DNA of 62,733 bases from a virus (IMGVR_UViG_3300023115_000020:1-62733), one strand, 5' to 3'. Numbered from the stretch's first letter, positions 16,602 to 26,379 are shown. Made by a program: numbers and translations. The notes: a model not told the origin generated them from the letters alone.

Positions 16602-17656
16602 TATACTTTCCTACTGTTACTAAATGCTTTTGGATCACCCTTAGCAGCCAATGCTCTACGTTTGGCAAGTTTGTCTTTTACACTATCTTCTTCTGGTGGA
16701 CGCTTTTTTTTAATTGTTGTTGTTTTTTGATTCTTTGTAGCAAAGCCTAGTATTTCTGTAATATCTTCATCAGTAATAGTATATGCTCTATCACCCCTAG
16801 TTTTAATTTCCTTACCTACAAGCATTTTAAGAACACGTGATAATTTTTCTATATCTTCTTCTTTTTCAATAGCGTCTTGTATCATTTTAGTAAGAAAGGA
16901 TCTTAGTGATGCTTTATTAACAACTAAATCACCTTCGTCTATTTCTTTACCTTTAGCACGTTGATCGTCGACCCAATCTTCATATTCTTTAGCACTTTGT
17001 ACTTTATCTGAATCTGGAGCATAGCCCATTGCAATTAATTCTTCTGAACTTTTACTAGGTTTTTCTGGACGTATTCCTTCTTGTGCAGGAACTTCATCTT
17101 TAATTCCCATACCTGTGCGAACTGCGTCATACAATTTTTGTGCTAGTGCTGGAGTAGGCACGCCTTGTGCAAATGACTCATAGTCACCCGCAGCAGCCGC
17201 AGCTCTCATTTTACTTGCACTCATACCTTCCGCACCATCTGCATCTGGATCACGTTCGCCTGCGTTTTCTACTGTAATACTATTGAAGTTATATTCTTTG
17301 CCGTTGTAGTCGTTAAACAGTTTATCAAAACTTGCTACACGATCTGAACCTGCTACGTAGATAACATCTGTATAGCCTAGTTTCTCTAACATTTGCAACA
17401 TTTGAATTGGTGTACGTACACTAGGATGTCCTACGTTTACACCGGGAAAAAACTTTTTAGCAAATTCTAATTTAACATCAAATGGTAATGGATTGTCTTT
17501 TGGCTTTTGAGTTTGACTTAAAAAGATATAATGATCACCTTCGAAGCTCTTTACTTTTTCTACAAGTTTTTCGTGCCCAATAGTAGGAGGGTTCATTCTT
17601 CCAAATGCCGCTACTGCTACTTTCTTAGGTGCTTCAAATAATTCTCTTAAGAACAT
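16601..17656 (-). CDS. nucleotidyltransferase (cytidyltransferase-like) with C-terminal extension
   Basis: FGRMNPPTIGH, VAGSDR and MSASKMR, as in T4-like phage cytidyltransferases. Confidence 0.8.
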   Translation of the reverse strand: MFLRELFEAPKKVAVAAFGRMNPPTIGHEKLVEKVKSFEGDHYIFLSQTQKPKDNPLPFDVKLEFAKKFFPGVNVGHPSVRTPIQMLQMLEKLGYTDVIYVAGSDRVASFDKLFNDYNGKEYNFNSITVENAGERDPDADGAEGMSASKMRAAAAAGDYESFAQGVPTPALAQKLYDAVRTGMGIKDEVPAQEGIRPEKPSKSSEELIAMGYAPDSDKVQSAKEYEDWVDDQRAKGKEIDEGDLVVNKASLRSFLTKMIQDAIEKEEDIEKLSRVLKMLVGKEIKTRGDRAYTITDEDITEILGFATKNQKTTTIKKKRPPEEDSVKDKLAKRRALAAKGDPKAFSNSRKV

Positions 17657-17991
17657 TCCTTGTACATTCCTTTTTTAATATTAGGCATTTCTTCTGCTTG
17701 AATTTTTTTACAGCAGCCGTCGATGTCTTCTTTTGTAAAAATGTCTTCAGGACGTTTGTCTTTAATAAATTTTTTGCAATAACTATTGACACCTTTGTTT
17801 ACAATTGGTTTTATAAACACAATAGGATCGATACTTTCGTCTCTTTCTATCTTGTCACTAGCATCTGCCATTGCAGGAAAAAATGTTTTGCGATAAAACA
17901 TAGGATCGTTACGCATAAAGATAGCAAGGTCGTCTACTACGTTAAAAGGAACATCATTATCCTTTCGGTCATCTAATTCAAATAATTTCAT
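17647..17991 (-). CDS. hypothetical protein
   Basis: Start placed at MKLFELD just after the upstream stop. Confidence 0.65.
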   Translation of the reverse strand: MKLFELDDRKDNDVPFNVVDDLAIFMRNDPMFYRKTFFPAMADASDKIERDESIDPIVFIKPIVNKGVNSYCKKFIKDKRPEDIFTKEDIDGCCKKIQAEEMPNIKKGMYKECS

Positions 17992-17992
17992 A

Positions 17993-18562
17993 TTACCACT
18001 TCCTACATGACCAGTAACGTGCCTTTGTGCGTGGTCCTGGATTATCACAGTTGTGTCTTGCACGGAATGAACGTCTACGTGCAGGGTTTGATTTTTTAAT
18101 ACGCATATTAGGATCACCAAAGTTAACTTTAACTACGTTACCTTTAGGATTCTTTACATATACTTTAAACTTTTTAACATCACCCTGCATAGGCTTGCCT
18201 AGTTTAACTTTACGTCCACGATATTCTGCTTCGTCTAACTCATCGTCTTCGTTAAACCACATAACACCGTATTCTTCGTAGAAGTCATCGCCGTCATATG
18301 TTTCTTCATCTTCTAGAACATCTACATCGTCTGCGCTAATTTGAATATCAAAGTCATCGTAACCTTGTTCAAATACATAGTCTGCTAAACGTTGTGCAAA
18401 TTCGTCTGCTTCTTCTTCACTTAGAACATTTGGTAAAGGCATTTCAAATACTGTTGCGCCTTGATCTGACTCATATACATAACTGTTTGGAAACACTGAT
18501 TCATTTAAGCCTTCGCTTAGTGTTTCTTGTTTTTCCATTACTACTCTAATAAAATGTTCCAT
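17993..18562 (-). CDS. hypothetical protein (acidic N-half, basic C-domain)
   Basis: LDE-AEYRGRKVKLGKP...SFRARHNC...YWSCRKW module. Confidence 0.75.
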   Translation of the reverse strand: MEHFIRVVMEKQETLSEGLNESVFPNSYVYESDQGATVFEMPLPNVLSEEEADEFAQRLADYVFEQGYDDFDIQISADDVDVLEDEETYDGDDFYEEYGVMWFNEDDELDEAEYRGRKVKLGKPMQGDVKKFKVYVKNPKGNVVKVNFGDPNMRIKKSNPARRRSFRARHNCDNPGPRTKARYWSCRKW

Positions 18563-18572
18563 TGTTCCTACC

Positions 18573-18929
18573 CTAGTGATTTAATTGAATACTATTTACT
18601 GTGCCGTCTGTCCAGTTGCTTATGTATGCTCTAATCCATACATAGTTGCCTGTAAAGTTTGCGAAGTTACTTTTAGTTGTACCTTCGTCATTTACTACTG
18701 GATATGCTTGTGTATATACAGTGAACCAATCATCTGCTGTTGGATCAACAGCCAATGTTGCCTGGATATTAACAGTACCAATAAAGCCAGTTATGTTATA
18801 CTGAACAGTATGGAACCCGTCACTACGTCCGTAGTAACCGTCCCCTTTAAACTTTTCTCCAGTTACAGTTTGTATACTACTGTCACTTGGGTGTGTATTT
18901 TCTGTTAAAATCGTTTCACTCTGTGCCAT
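18573..18929 (-). CDS. hypothetical beta-rich, probably structural protein
   Basis: 118 aa, preceded by ATAAATA. Confidence 0.65.
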   Translation of the reverse strand: MAQSETILTENTHPSDSSIQTVTGEKFKGDGYYGRSDGFHTVQYNITGFIGTVNIQATLAVDPTADDWFTVYTQAYPVVNDEGTTKSNFANFTGNYVWIRAYISNWTDGTVNSIQLNH

Positions 18930-18933
18930 ATAA

Positions 18934-19608
18934 CTATTTATCTAAATTAGGCTTCACGACTAATTTGTCGATTCGGCGTATATTAGACAACATAAGTTCG
19001 CACAAGTTAACAGTTTTTTCGTCTCTAGCATAAAAGTACATATCTGCAACATAACTATTTTGTTCTAGATTATGTTGTAATTGCGGTCCTACACGTACTT
19101 GTTTAGGGTTATTTTTAGCCCAATTAGCAAATCCTGATGTATCGCCAATTTTATTACCTAATGTTACTTTGTAATTAAATCCATTATTTTTATCAACTAT
19201 AATAGTATTAGGTTCGAGCTGAGACAAGTGATTTGGGTCAGGCTCCCAAAATTCAATTAAATTCTTTTTGTTTAATGCACTTTTTAAAGTATGTAACCAT
19301 TCTCTATTATTAGAGTATATACAAGTAGTTGAACCTTCGATTCGTAAAGTCCAATCTTCGTGTTTATTTAAGAACTTGTATAATTTACGTGCATCTAAAA
19401 AACTAAGTTCTTTTACAGGCATTTCTCTATAGAATCGATTAACTACTAACGGTTCTCCTTCTTCGTATTGCTGTTGCAATTTATCAAGGACTTCCCTAGC
19501 ATAAGAAAGATTTTTGTCACGAAAGATAGTACCTATACCGTTGCTAATACACAACTTGTATAGATACTTCCCCCAAAATAGTTTAGTTGTTTGACAGTTC
19601 TTCAACAA
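18934..19608 (-). CDS. hypothetical protein
   Basis: 224-aa ORF overlapping the end of clpA. Confidence 0.7.
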   Translation of the reverse strand: MLKNCQTTKLFWGKYLYKLCISNGIGTIFRDKNLSYAREVLDKLQQQYEEGEPLVVNRFYREMPVKELSFLDARKLYKFLNKHEDWTLRIEGSTTCIYSNNREWLHTLKSALNKKNLIEFWEPDPNHLSQLEPNTIIVDKNNGFNYKVTLGNKIGDTSGFANWAKNNPKQVRVGPQLQHNLEQNSYVADMYFYARDEKTVNLCELMLSNIRRIDKLVVKPNLDK

Positions 19609-21838
19609 CTTGATCCTCGGTCTTTAAGATAAACTGATCTAACTCTGAATTGTAGTCAACAGTTAGGTTACCACCGTTTTTCAAATTGCCAAATAATAAT
19701 TCTCTAGAAAGAGGACGTTTAATTTCTTTATCAATTACACGTTGTAAAGGTCTAGCACCCATCTTACTATCAAACCCTTTGTCAACTAATGCATCTAATG
19801 CTTCGTCGGTGATAGTAATATTTACCTGCTTTTCCTTAACCATATTTTTAAGTTCAACAAGGAATTTACCAACAATTTTCATCATTACTTCTTTTCCTAG
19901 TTTAGCAAATGTAATTACACCATCTAACCTGTTGCGGAACTCTGGAGCAAAGAATTTCTTTAATTCTTTATCTTCATACTTTTCTACATTAAAATCTTCA
20001 TCAAAGCCAATTGTATTCTTTTCAGCATCTTTGGCTCCTAAATTAGTTGTAAGAATTAAGATACAGTTACGAGCGTCTGCTTCACGTCCATTAGAGCCAG
20101 TTACTTTACCGTTGTCCATAACTTGCAATAGAATCTGTGAAACATCAGGGTGTGCCTTTTCAACCTCATCAAGTAATAGAACACAGTTTGGTGCTTCTTG
20201 TATACGCTCTATTAGCAGTCCGCCAGTTTCTTCGTGTCCTACATATCCTGGAGGAGAACCTAGTAGTTTAGCAACAGCATGTTTTTCTTGATATTCGCTC
20301 ATATCAAAACGTACAAGTTTTACACCTAGTGCGTTTGCTAGTTGTTTAGCAGTTTCTGTTTTACCAGTACCAGTTGGACCCATAAACACAAATGAACCAA
20401 TTGGCTTATCATCTGGTTTAAGTCCTGCTTGTGCAACAAGAATTTTATCAACAATACTTTCAATTGCTTCGTCTTGGCCATAAACTGTTGATTTCATATT
20501 CTTTTCAAGATTAGCAAGATTTTCAGTTTCACGTTCTGCAACCTGTTCTTCAGGCAAGTTTAGCATCTTACTAATTTCAAATTGAATTTCTCGTTCGCTT
20601 ACTGTACGTTCTATATTTTCTTCTTTAAGATTAAATCTTGAACATGCAACATCAATCAAATCAATTGCTTTGTCTGGTAATTTTTTATCTGATTGATATT
20701 TTACTGACAGTTTAACAGCAGCCTCAACAGCACTTTCTGTGATAGTAGTTTTGTGATGTTCTTCGTAGTATTTTTTAATACCGTTTAGGATATCTTTAGT
20801 TACTTCTGGTGTTGGCTCGTCAACTGTTACACGTTGGAAACGGCGCATTAAAGCACGATCCTTTTCAAAGTACTTGCGATATTCTTCCCATGTAGTTGAA
20901 GCAACAACTTTAATATTTCCTTTGCTTAGAGCAGGCTTTAGCATGTTAGCAAGATCATTTGCACTATTTCCGCCACCTGCACCTGCACCACTAATCATGT
21001 GTGCTTCGTCAATAAACATAATAGTTTTGCCTTTGCCTTTTAAGGCAGCAAGGACTAATTTAAATCTTTCTTCAAAGTCACCGCGGTATTTAGATCCGGC
21101 AAGTAATGATCCAATGTCTAAGTTATAAACTTCGTATTCTGTTAAAAACTTTGGAACATCGTTGTTTACAATCTTCCAAGCAAGTCCTTCTGCAATAGCA
21201 GTTTTACCTACACCTGGATCACCAACCATTAGTACGTTGTTTTTACTACGGCGTCCTAATGCAAGAGCAATTCTTTCAATTTCATCATTTCTGCCTATAA
21301 CAGGATCAACTTTGTTTTTCTTTACTTCTTCGTTGATGTTAGTAGTAAATGCACGAAGTGCTTTTTGTGCTTGTCCTGATTGTTCTATTGCTTCTTCTGA
21401 AGTATCAAATTCATTACTGATATATTCAGCAAAGTTATCTTTTCTAATTCCAGCTTGTTCTAAGAAATAATTAGCCATACTTTTCTTTTCAGAAAACACG
21501 CTAATTAATACATCTGACAATTCAATCTCTGGACGTCCTTGAAACAACACTTGAGTAAATGCTCTATTAAGAACACGTTCTACTGTTTGTGTTTTCTTAG
21601 GCTTGTATTTTGTATCTTCAATTTTAAGTTCGTCTAATTTTTTAGTAAGATAGTGTTCTAGGTTACTTTTTAAATATTCTACATCCGCACCAAAACCTTT
21701 AACAACATTAAAAAAGTTTTCCTCACAAAGCATTGCAAAAAGCAAATGCTCAAGAGTAACATATTCATGTTGTAATTTTTTAGCGTCTTTAATAGACTTA
21801 TCAAATACTAACTGTAGTGCGGCACTAGGTTCAACCAT
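19583..21838 (-). CDS. clpA: ATP-dependent Clp protease ATP-binding subunit ClpA
   Basis: Clp-N (EHLL), two AAA+ modules (GDPGVGKT, GPTGTGKT), FDMSEY, GSPPGYVG, ClpP-docking IGF loop, no ClpB middle domain. Confidence 0.93.
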   Translation of the reverse strand: MVEPSAALQLVFDKSIKDAKKLQHEYVTLEHLLFAMLCEENFFNVVKGFGADVEYLKSNLEHYLTKKLDELKIEDTKYKPKKTQTVERVLNRAFTQVLFQGRPEIELSDVLISVFSEKKSMANYFLEQAGIRKDNFAEYISNEFDTSEEAIEQSGQAQKALRAFTTNINEEVKKNKVDPVIGRNDEIERIALALGRRSKNNVLMVGDPGVGKTAIAEGLAWKIVNNDVPKFLTEYEVYNLDIGSLLAGSKYRGDFEERFKLVLAALKGKGKTIMFIDEAHMISGAGAGGGNSANDLANMLKPALSKGNIKVVASTTWEEYRKYFEKDRALMRRFQRVTVDEPTPEVTKDILNGIKKYYEEHHKTTITESAVEAAVKLSVKYQSDKKLPDKAIDLIDVACSRFNLKEENIERTVSEREIQFEISKMLNLPEEQVAERETENLANLEKNMKSTVYGQDEAIESIVDKILVAQAGLKPDDKPIGSFVFMGPTGTGKTETAKQLANALGVKLVRFDMSEYQEKHAVAKLLGSPPGYVGHEETGGLLIERIQEAPNCVLLLDEVEKAHPDVSQILLQVMDNGKVTGSNGREADARNCILILTTNLGAKDAEKNTIGFDEDFNVEKYEDKELKKFFAPEFRNRLDGVITFAKLGKEVMMKIVGKFLVELKNMVKEKQVNITITDEALDALVDKGFDSKMGARPLQRVIDKEIKRPLSRELLFGNLKNGGNLTVDYNSELDQFILKTEDQVVEELSNN

Positions 21839-22340
21839 TCTGTAGAGTCCTCTTATTTAATTTCTGTCGTTTTTTCTTAGCTCGATCCAGTCTAAGTTTA
21901 CTAACTCTGTCAGTAAATTCTATACCGTTAAGATGATCGTATTCATGTAAAAAACATCTAGCATCTATATCGTATAATTCTATTTTACATTCTTTTGCAG
22001 TAATGTCAAGATAATTGGCAATCACACCACGTGGACGCTTTACCGATAAAAACAAATTAGGATGGCTAAGGCATCCTTCGGGTAAGTCTTCATAATTAAC
22101 TGTTACACTTTCTAAATGAGGATTAATAATAACTAAAGGACTGTTGTCTTGTAACAAATGTGGCTTCATTACAAATATTCTAGCATCAAGTGCTACTTGA
22201 TTCGCACTAAGACCTATACCTCCTTCTTGTAACATTAGATCAATCATCTCTTCAGATATAGACTTAGCATCTAGTTCTTCAAAATCAAAGTCCTTTACAT
22301 TTTTTTGTAACCAAGGATCGGGTGATTTAACCAAGTGCAT
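21831..22340 (-). CDS. def: peptide deformylase
   Basis: GIGLSANQ, EGCLS and HEYDHLNG motifs. Confidence 0.95.
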   Translation of the reverse strand: MHLVKSPDPWLQKNVKDFDFEELDAKSISEEMIDLMLQEGGIGLSANQVALDARIFVMKPHLLQDNSPLVIINPHLESVTVNYEDLPEGCLSHPNLFLSVKRPRGVIANYLDITAKECKIELYDIDARCFLHEYDHLNGIEFTDRVSKLRLDRAKKKRQKLNKRTLQNG

Positions 22341-23127
22341 CTTTTATTCTCTCCAATTCTTGTACTATTCCTATATTTGAAATATTAGGAACAACAGGGT
22401 TAATTTTAACTATTATATTTCCTCTTTGACCATTTTTTACATTAGGTATACCTTGACCCGGTATGCTAAACTTTGCATCTGCTTGTGTTCCTTTAGGAAT
22501 TTTTACAGATAAGTTTTTTCCTTCTAGCGTTCTTATACTAACTGATCCACCTAACAAACAATCAAAAATACTGCAATATACTCTAATGACTAAATTGTTA
22601 CCGTCTCTTTTCCACATAGGATCTTCAACTACTCTAATCTTTACGATAAGATCTCCGGGCGGTAGCATAGGGTGTCCATCATCTCCTAAACCTCTAAATC
22701 TAATACCTGTGCCGTTTGCTACACCGGGCGGAATAGTTATATCGGCTTCTTTTATTCTACCGCTTGGTATTTTATATCTAGTTGTTAATTCTTTTCCTAA
22801 TAAAACATCATGAATAGTCAATGTTAAATTTATTGTAATATCTCTATTCTTTTGATGAGAAGGACGAAAACCATTCATAAAATCTGCAAATGGATTTCCA
22901 GCAGTTCTAAACCCACCAGTGTCAAATCTAAATTGTGGCTGAGGATTATCGTATGCAGAACGTTTTTCTGGATCGCTTAATGTATCGTATGCTTCAGAAA
23001 TTTTTTGAAAAAGTTTTTCGTCACCTCCTCTATCGGGGTGATTTTTCATCGCTAGTTTGCGATATGCCTTTTTTATATCTGCTTGGGAAGCAGTTTTTGT
23101 TACACCGAGTATATTATAATAGTCCAT
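22327..23127 (-). CDS. DnaJ-class (type II/CbpA-like) chaperone
   Basis: J domain with HPD, DnaJ C-terminal domain, no Zn finger. Confidence 0.92.
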   Translation of the reverse strand: MDYYNILGVTKTASQADIKKAYRKLAMKNHPDRGGDEKLFQKISEAYDTLSDPEKRSAYDNPQPQFRFDTGGFRTAGNPFADFMNGFRPSHQKNRDITINLTLTIHDVLLGKELTTRYKIPSGRIKEADITIPPGVANGTGIRFRGLGDDGHPMLPPGDLIVKIRVVEDPMWKRDGNNLVIRVYCSIFDCLLGGSVSIRTLEGKNLSVKIPKGTQADAKFSIPGQGIPNVKNGQRGNIIVKINPVVPNISNIGIVQELERIKDALG

Positions 23128-23173
23128 ACAATTACTTATCGTACAGACTATTAAGTATTAACAGTAGTGATTA

Positions 23174-23503
23174 CTAAGGCTTTTTGCCAAAACTCTGTGC
23201 GCCAAAAAATGCTGCAACAATCGCCGCAACTGACACAAAATATGTAGCAGCCATATCGCCTAGAATTTTTGCTGCTTGTTCTAGTCCTATTAGATTTGCT
23301 AGTACAACTGCAAATGGATATAGTAGCATACCAAATAATGCGAACCATGCCATGTTGCGTTGTGCATCACGCATTGCATCTTCATCTTCTAGACGCTTGC
23401 GTTTAAACTCCATGTACATTGCATGTTCTTCAGCGGATACTTTACCGTCACCGTTAGTGTCTGCTGGATGATGTCCTGCTGCTTTTACTTCTTCTTCGCT
23501 CAT
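23174..23503 (-). CDS. membrane protein with EF-hand-like N-terminus (holin candidate)
   Basis: DTNGDGKVSAEE loop plus two hydrophobic helices; near the lysis genes. Confidence 0.55.
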   Translation of the reverse strand: MSEEEVKAAGHHPADTNGDGKVSAEEHAMYMEFKRKRLEDEDAMRDAQRNMAWFALFGMLLYPFAVVLANLIGLEQAAKILGDMAATYFVSVAAIVAAFFGAQSFGKKP

Positions 23504-23868
23504 TTACGTTTCCCCTCTAATTTTTTGATACGAGCATCTAGTTCAGGCCATACATCAAACTCATGTAGTTCTTTGCATGGATGACTGTCTGCTTCGAGCT
23601 TTGCTAGACGAGCCTCAATCTCGTCAATTTTTGCTGTTATCTTAGGATACTTTACACGCCACGCATTAGGATCATTTTGGAGCCAAGTCCAACCCCAGCG
23701 TTTTGCTAGATATTCTAAGGTAGCATCAAATTTAGTTACTCCCCATGTTGCCATTCTAGTATCTTTAAACCAGAATAAAAATGCAGCACCTAGTAATGAC
23801 CCTGCAATACTAGTATAAATCCATAGACGGTCGCCCGCCATCTGTTGTATCATTTCCCACATATACAA
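23500..23868 (-). CDS. hypothetical membrane protein
   Basis: One N-terminal TM helix followed by a coiled coil. Confidence 0.65.
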   Translation of the reverse strand: MYMWEMIQQMAGDRLWIYTSIAGSLLGAAFLFWFKDTRMATWGVTKFDATLEYLAKRWGWTWLQNDPNAWRVKYPKITAKIDEIEARLAKLEADSHPCKELHEFDVWPELDARIKKLEGKRK

Positions 23869-23899
23869 CCCCTCAATTGTTATATATGTATTTATTCTA

Positions 23900-24034
23900 T
23901 TATGCTACATATGAAGCGTATATAATTGCTAAAGGTAGTAAAATAGGTGCTGTTAGAAAAAATGTAAACTCTACAAATTCACAAAATACACAAACCCTTT
24001 TATCATTCTTTAACTTTAATATTAATTGACTCAT
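23900..24034 (-). CDS. small membrane protein (44 aa)
   Basis: Manual translation MSQLILKLKNDKRVCVFCEFVEFTFFLTAPILLPLAIIYASYVA with a GGAG RBS. Confidence 0.55.
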   Translation of the reverse strand: MSQLILKLKNDKRVCVFCEFVEFTFFLTAPILLPLAIIYASYVA

Positions 24035-24170
24035 TTTCTCCTTGATTCCTATGTTTTTCGTTGGCTGCATTTCTCATGTTTATTACATACGTTAAATCAT
24101 GCATAGGTGCATACTTTATATAAAAATATGATACAACAATAGCAGCGATGCTTATTAATAAAAATTCCAT
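24003..24170 (-). CDS. small membrane protein
   Basis: MEFLLISIAAIVVSYFYIKYAP..., GGAG RBS. Confidence 0.5.
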   Translation of the reverse strand: MEFLLISIAAIVVSYFYIKYAPMHDLTYVINMRNAANEKHRNQGENESINIKVKE

Positions 24171-24359
24171 TAAATAACTCCGTATAATGAAATTACAAAA
24201 ATAGTTAAAAGGCAACCCAGTTCGAGACTGTCCCGAAGAGATGCAATATCATACTTTGGTAATTTCACTTTATAATAATATTAGTAAATTTTATATTAGA
24301 ATATAATTATATTATATAATTTCAACCTTATTTATCATAAAGTTTAAAAAGTGTGTATT

Positions 24360-24794
24360 TTATGAATTTAGACTAGGACCGCCGTTGTGTCCTATTTTAG
24401 ATTTTTTCTTTTCCCAATCCTTAATTGCATCTTTAATAGATTCTTCTGCTAGTACAGAACAATGCAATTTGATTGCTGGGAGTTCTAATGATGCAGCAAT
24501 ATCCTTATCTTTAATAAGTTTTGCTTCTTCTATAGTTTTGCCTTTTAGCATTTCAACAAACATTGTTGAACTTGCTATAGCACTTCCGCATCCATATGTT
24601 TTAAATTTAACATCTATAATGCGTTCTTCTTCGTCTAGTTTAAGTTGAAGTTTCATAACATCGCCACAAGCAGGAGCACCTGTCATACCTGTAGCAACTC
24701 GAGGATCTTTAGGATCAAATCTACCTACACTGAATTCGTGAGGATTTGCTAAAACGCTTTCAAAGCGTTCAATTACTTTTTGTGAATATGCCAA
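24360..24794 (-). CDS. iscU: Fe-S cluster scaffold IscU
   Basis: MAYS..V, GAPACGDVM, FKTYGCGSAIASS and KLHCSVLAE motifs. Confidence 0.95.
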   Translation of the reverse strand: MAYSQKVIERFESVLANPHEFSVGRFDPKDPRVATGMTGAPACGDVMKLQLKLDEEERIIDVKFKTYGCGSAIASSTMFVEMLKGKTIEEAKLIKDKDIAASLELPAIKLHCSVLAEESIKDAIKDWEKKKSKIGHNGGPSLNS

Positions 24795-25175
24795 TTAATT
24801 TTCCGGTTGTGAAGTAGTTTCTTCGGGTTTAACTGCTTCTTCGTAGTATACAATTATTTCTTTTTGTTGTTCAATGTATCTACGTAGTTCAGCAAAGTTT
24901 AGTGATAGGTTTTCGTAGTCTTTAACGCTAATTGCAATCCAGGCTGTCTTGCCATTCTTAGCATAAAACTCTTCAAGGAACTCTTGATAGTTATCTTCAG
25001 TAACCACATAGATTTTTACCCTGTTCATATTCACACCTTTAGGGTGTGGAACAATTGGTACTGTAGTTTTAACTGTGTTAGTTACTACTTGTATCTGTGG
25101 TTCCGGAGTCAGTAGACTGCACCCCGCCGTTAGCGTTAGGATCAGTAATAGACTCGAGATCTTTCCAAAGCTCAT
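24795..25175 (-). CDS. o-spanin (Rz1-like lipoprotein)
   Basis: Lipobox LTAGC after a hydrophobic signal; overlaps the i-spanin 3' end in another frame. Confidence 0.75.
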   Translation of the reverse strand: MSFGKISSLLLILTLTAGCSLLTPEPQIQVVTNTVKTTVPIVPHPKGVNMNRVKIYVVTEDNYQEFLEEFYAKNGKTAWIAISVKDYENLSLNFAELRRYIEQQKEIIVYYEEAVKPEETTSQPEN

Positions 25176-25509
25176 CTGTTGCACCTTGCATTCTTGGTTC
25201 AATTAAACCTGGCTTTTGTGTAGCCAAGTGTGTTAAATTATGACGTTGCAGAGTAGCACGAAGTTCATCTCCGTACTGCTCTGCTTTTTGTAAGTCATTT
25301 TGTAGTTTACCGTTTAGTTCGCCTAGTCTTACTGTTTCTTCTTGAACAAGTTTTAAACTTGCTTCACTTGTTTGAACAGCAACTTCCATACGTGCTACAT
25401 TTGCTCTTGCAGTTTCTAAATCGCTTTGCAACTTCTTAATCCATAGAAAGCCGCCGCCTGCTGTAGCAAGCACTACAAGTATCATAGCAATTCGAATTGA
25501 AGCGAACAT
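25078..25509 (-). CDS. i-spanin (Rz-like)
   Basis: N-terminal TM helix plus long coiled coil, directly downstream of the endolysin. Confidence 0.75.
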   Translation of the reverse strand: MFASIRIAMILVVLATAGGGFLWIKKLQSDLETARANVARMEVAVQTSEASLKLVQEETVRLGELNGKLQNDLQKAEQYGDELRATLQRHNLTHLATQKPGLIEPRMQGATDELWKDLESITDPNANGGVQSTDSGTTDTSSN

Positions 25510-25520
25510 AGTATTATTAT

Positions 25521-26378
25521 TTAGTCTAGAAGTTTACCTAGTGTAGCAGGTCCGGCTATGCCATCAGCAACTAAGCCATTTGCTGCTTGCCATTCTTTTA
25601 ATGCACGTTCTGTACCTGGTCCAAAGTCGCCATCTGCGCCAATGCCTAATGCTTCCTGCATCATCTTAACACCTTCGCCTTTAGCACCTCTGCGTAATAC
25701 ACCAATATCATCGATATCAAAAGAATCATCTTCGTCGTCTGCACCATGATCAGTATGAGCATCTTCGCCCATTGCTTTTAGTGCTTCTTCCCAATGATGA
25801 ATACGGTCTTCAAGACCAATATAGCCACCGTTAATACGTTTGGTCATTGTTTTAATATCGCCGCTATCGGCATAACGATTTAATCCGTTTTTGTTCCAAA
25901 ACCAAATAGCACTCATTAGTGCTACTTCTTTATCTTCTGAAACTTGATCTGGATTGTCAACTGCGTCTACATCCATGTCTGCACTAAATGCAGAGTAGTT
26001 TGCCTTGCCAGTTAACTGAATAGGCCCACGACCGCGATAACGCCAGCCGTCACCACTAGCAGTGTCGCCATTATCCATCCTGTTAGCATATACGATGTTA
26101 GCAATTTTTTCAGGTTGTCTGGCGTACTCATTTGCGTCTCTGCCGGCTCTGACAAAATACTTTCCAAAGACTGCGTCCAACGCTTTTGCGCTATAGTTAA
26201 GATTTTCACTGAATGTCCTCCATCCTCCAGATTCGTGTCCACACTGCGCAATAAATGCTGCAATACGTTGTGGAGTATTAATTTCGTATTCTGGGAATAC
26301 TTTGTTCATTGCTTCGACCCAGCCGTCTGGATCTGCACAGCGAGGGAACAACTCGCTAAATTGATTTGCTGTTAGCAT
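25521..26378 (-). CDS. endolysin, GH19 + peptidoglycan-binding domain
   Basis: AQCGHESGG, ENLNYS, YRGRGPIQLTG, INGG..GLEDR; C-terminal DGDFGPGT/DGIAGPAT PG_binding_1. Confidence 0.92.
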   Translation of the reverse strand: MLTANQFSELFPRCADPDGWVEAMNKVFPEYEINTPQRIAAFIAQCGHESGGWRTFSENLNYSAKALDAVFGKYFVRAGRDANEYARQPEKIANIVYANRMDNGDTASGDGWRYRGRGPIQLTGKANYSAFSADMDVDAVDNPDQVSEDKEVALMSAIWFWNKNGLNRYADSGDIKTMTKRINGGYIGLEDRIHHWEEALKAMGEDAHTDHGADDEDDSFDIDDIGVLRRGAKGEGVKMMQEALGIGADGDFGPGTERALKEWQAANGLVADGIAGPATLGKLLD

Positions 26379-26379
26379 A

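Noticed and set aside
24180-24350. Possible structured RNA in the AT-rich gap downstream of iscU (contains CTTCGG and a CAGT/ACTG stem)
   Set aside because: Stems are short and match no riboswitch I can recognise; insufficient support.
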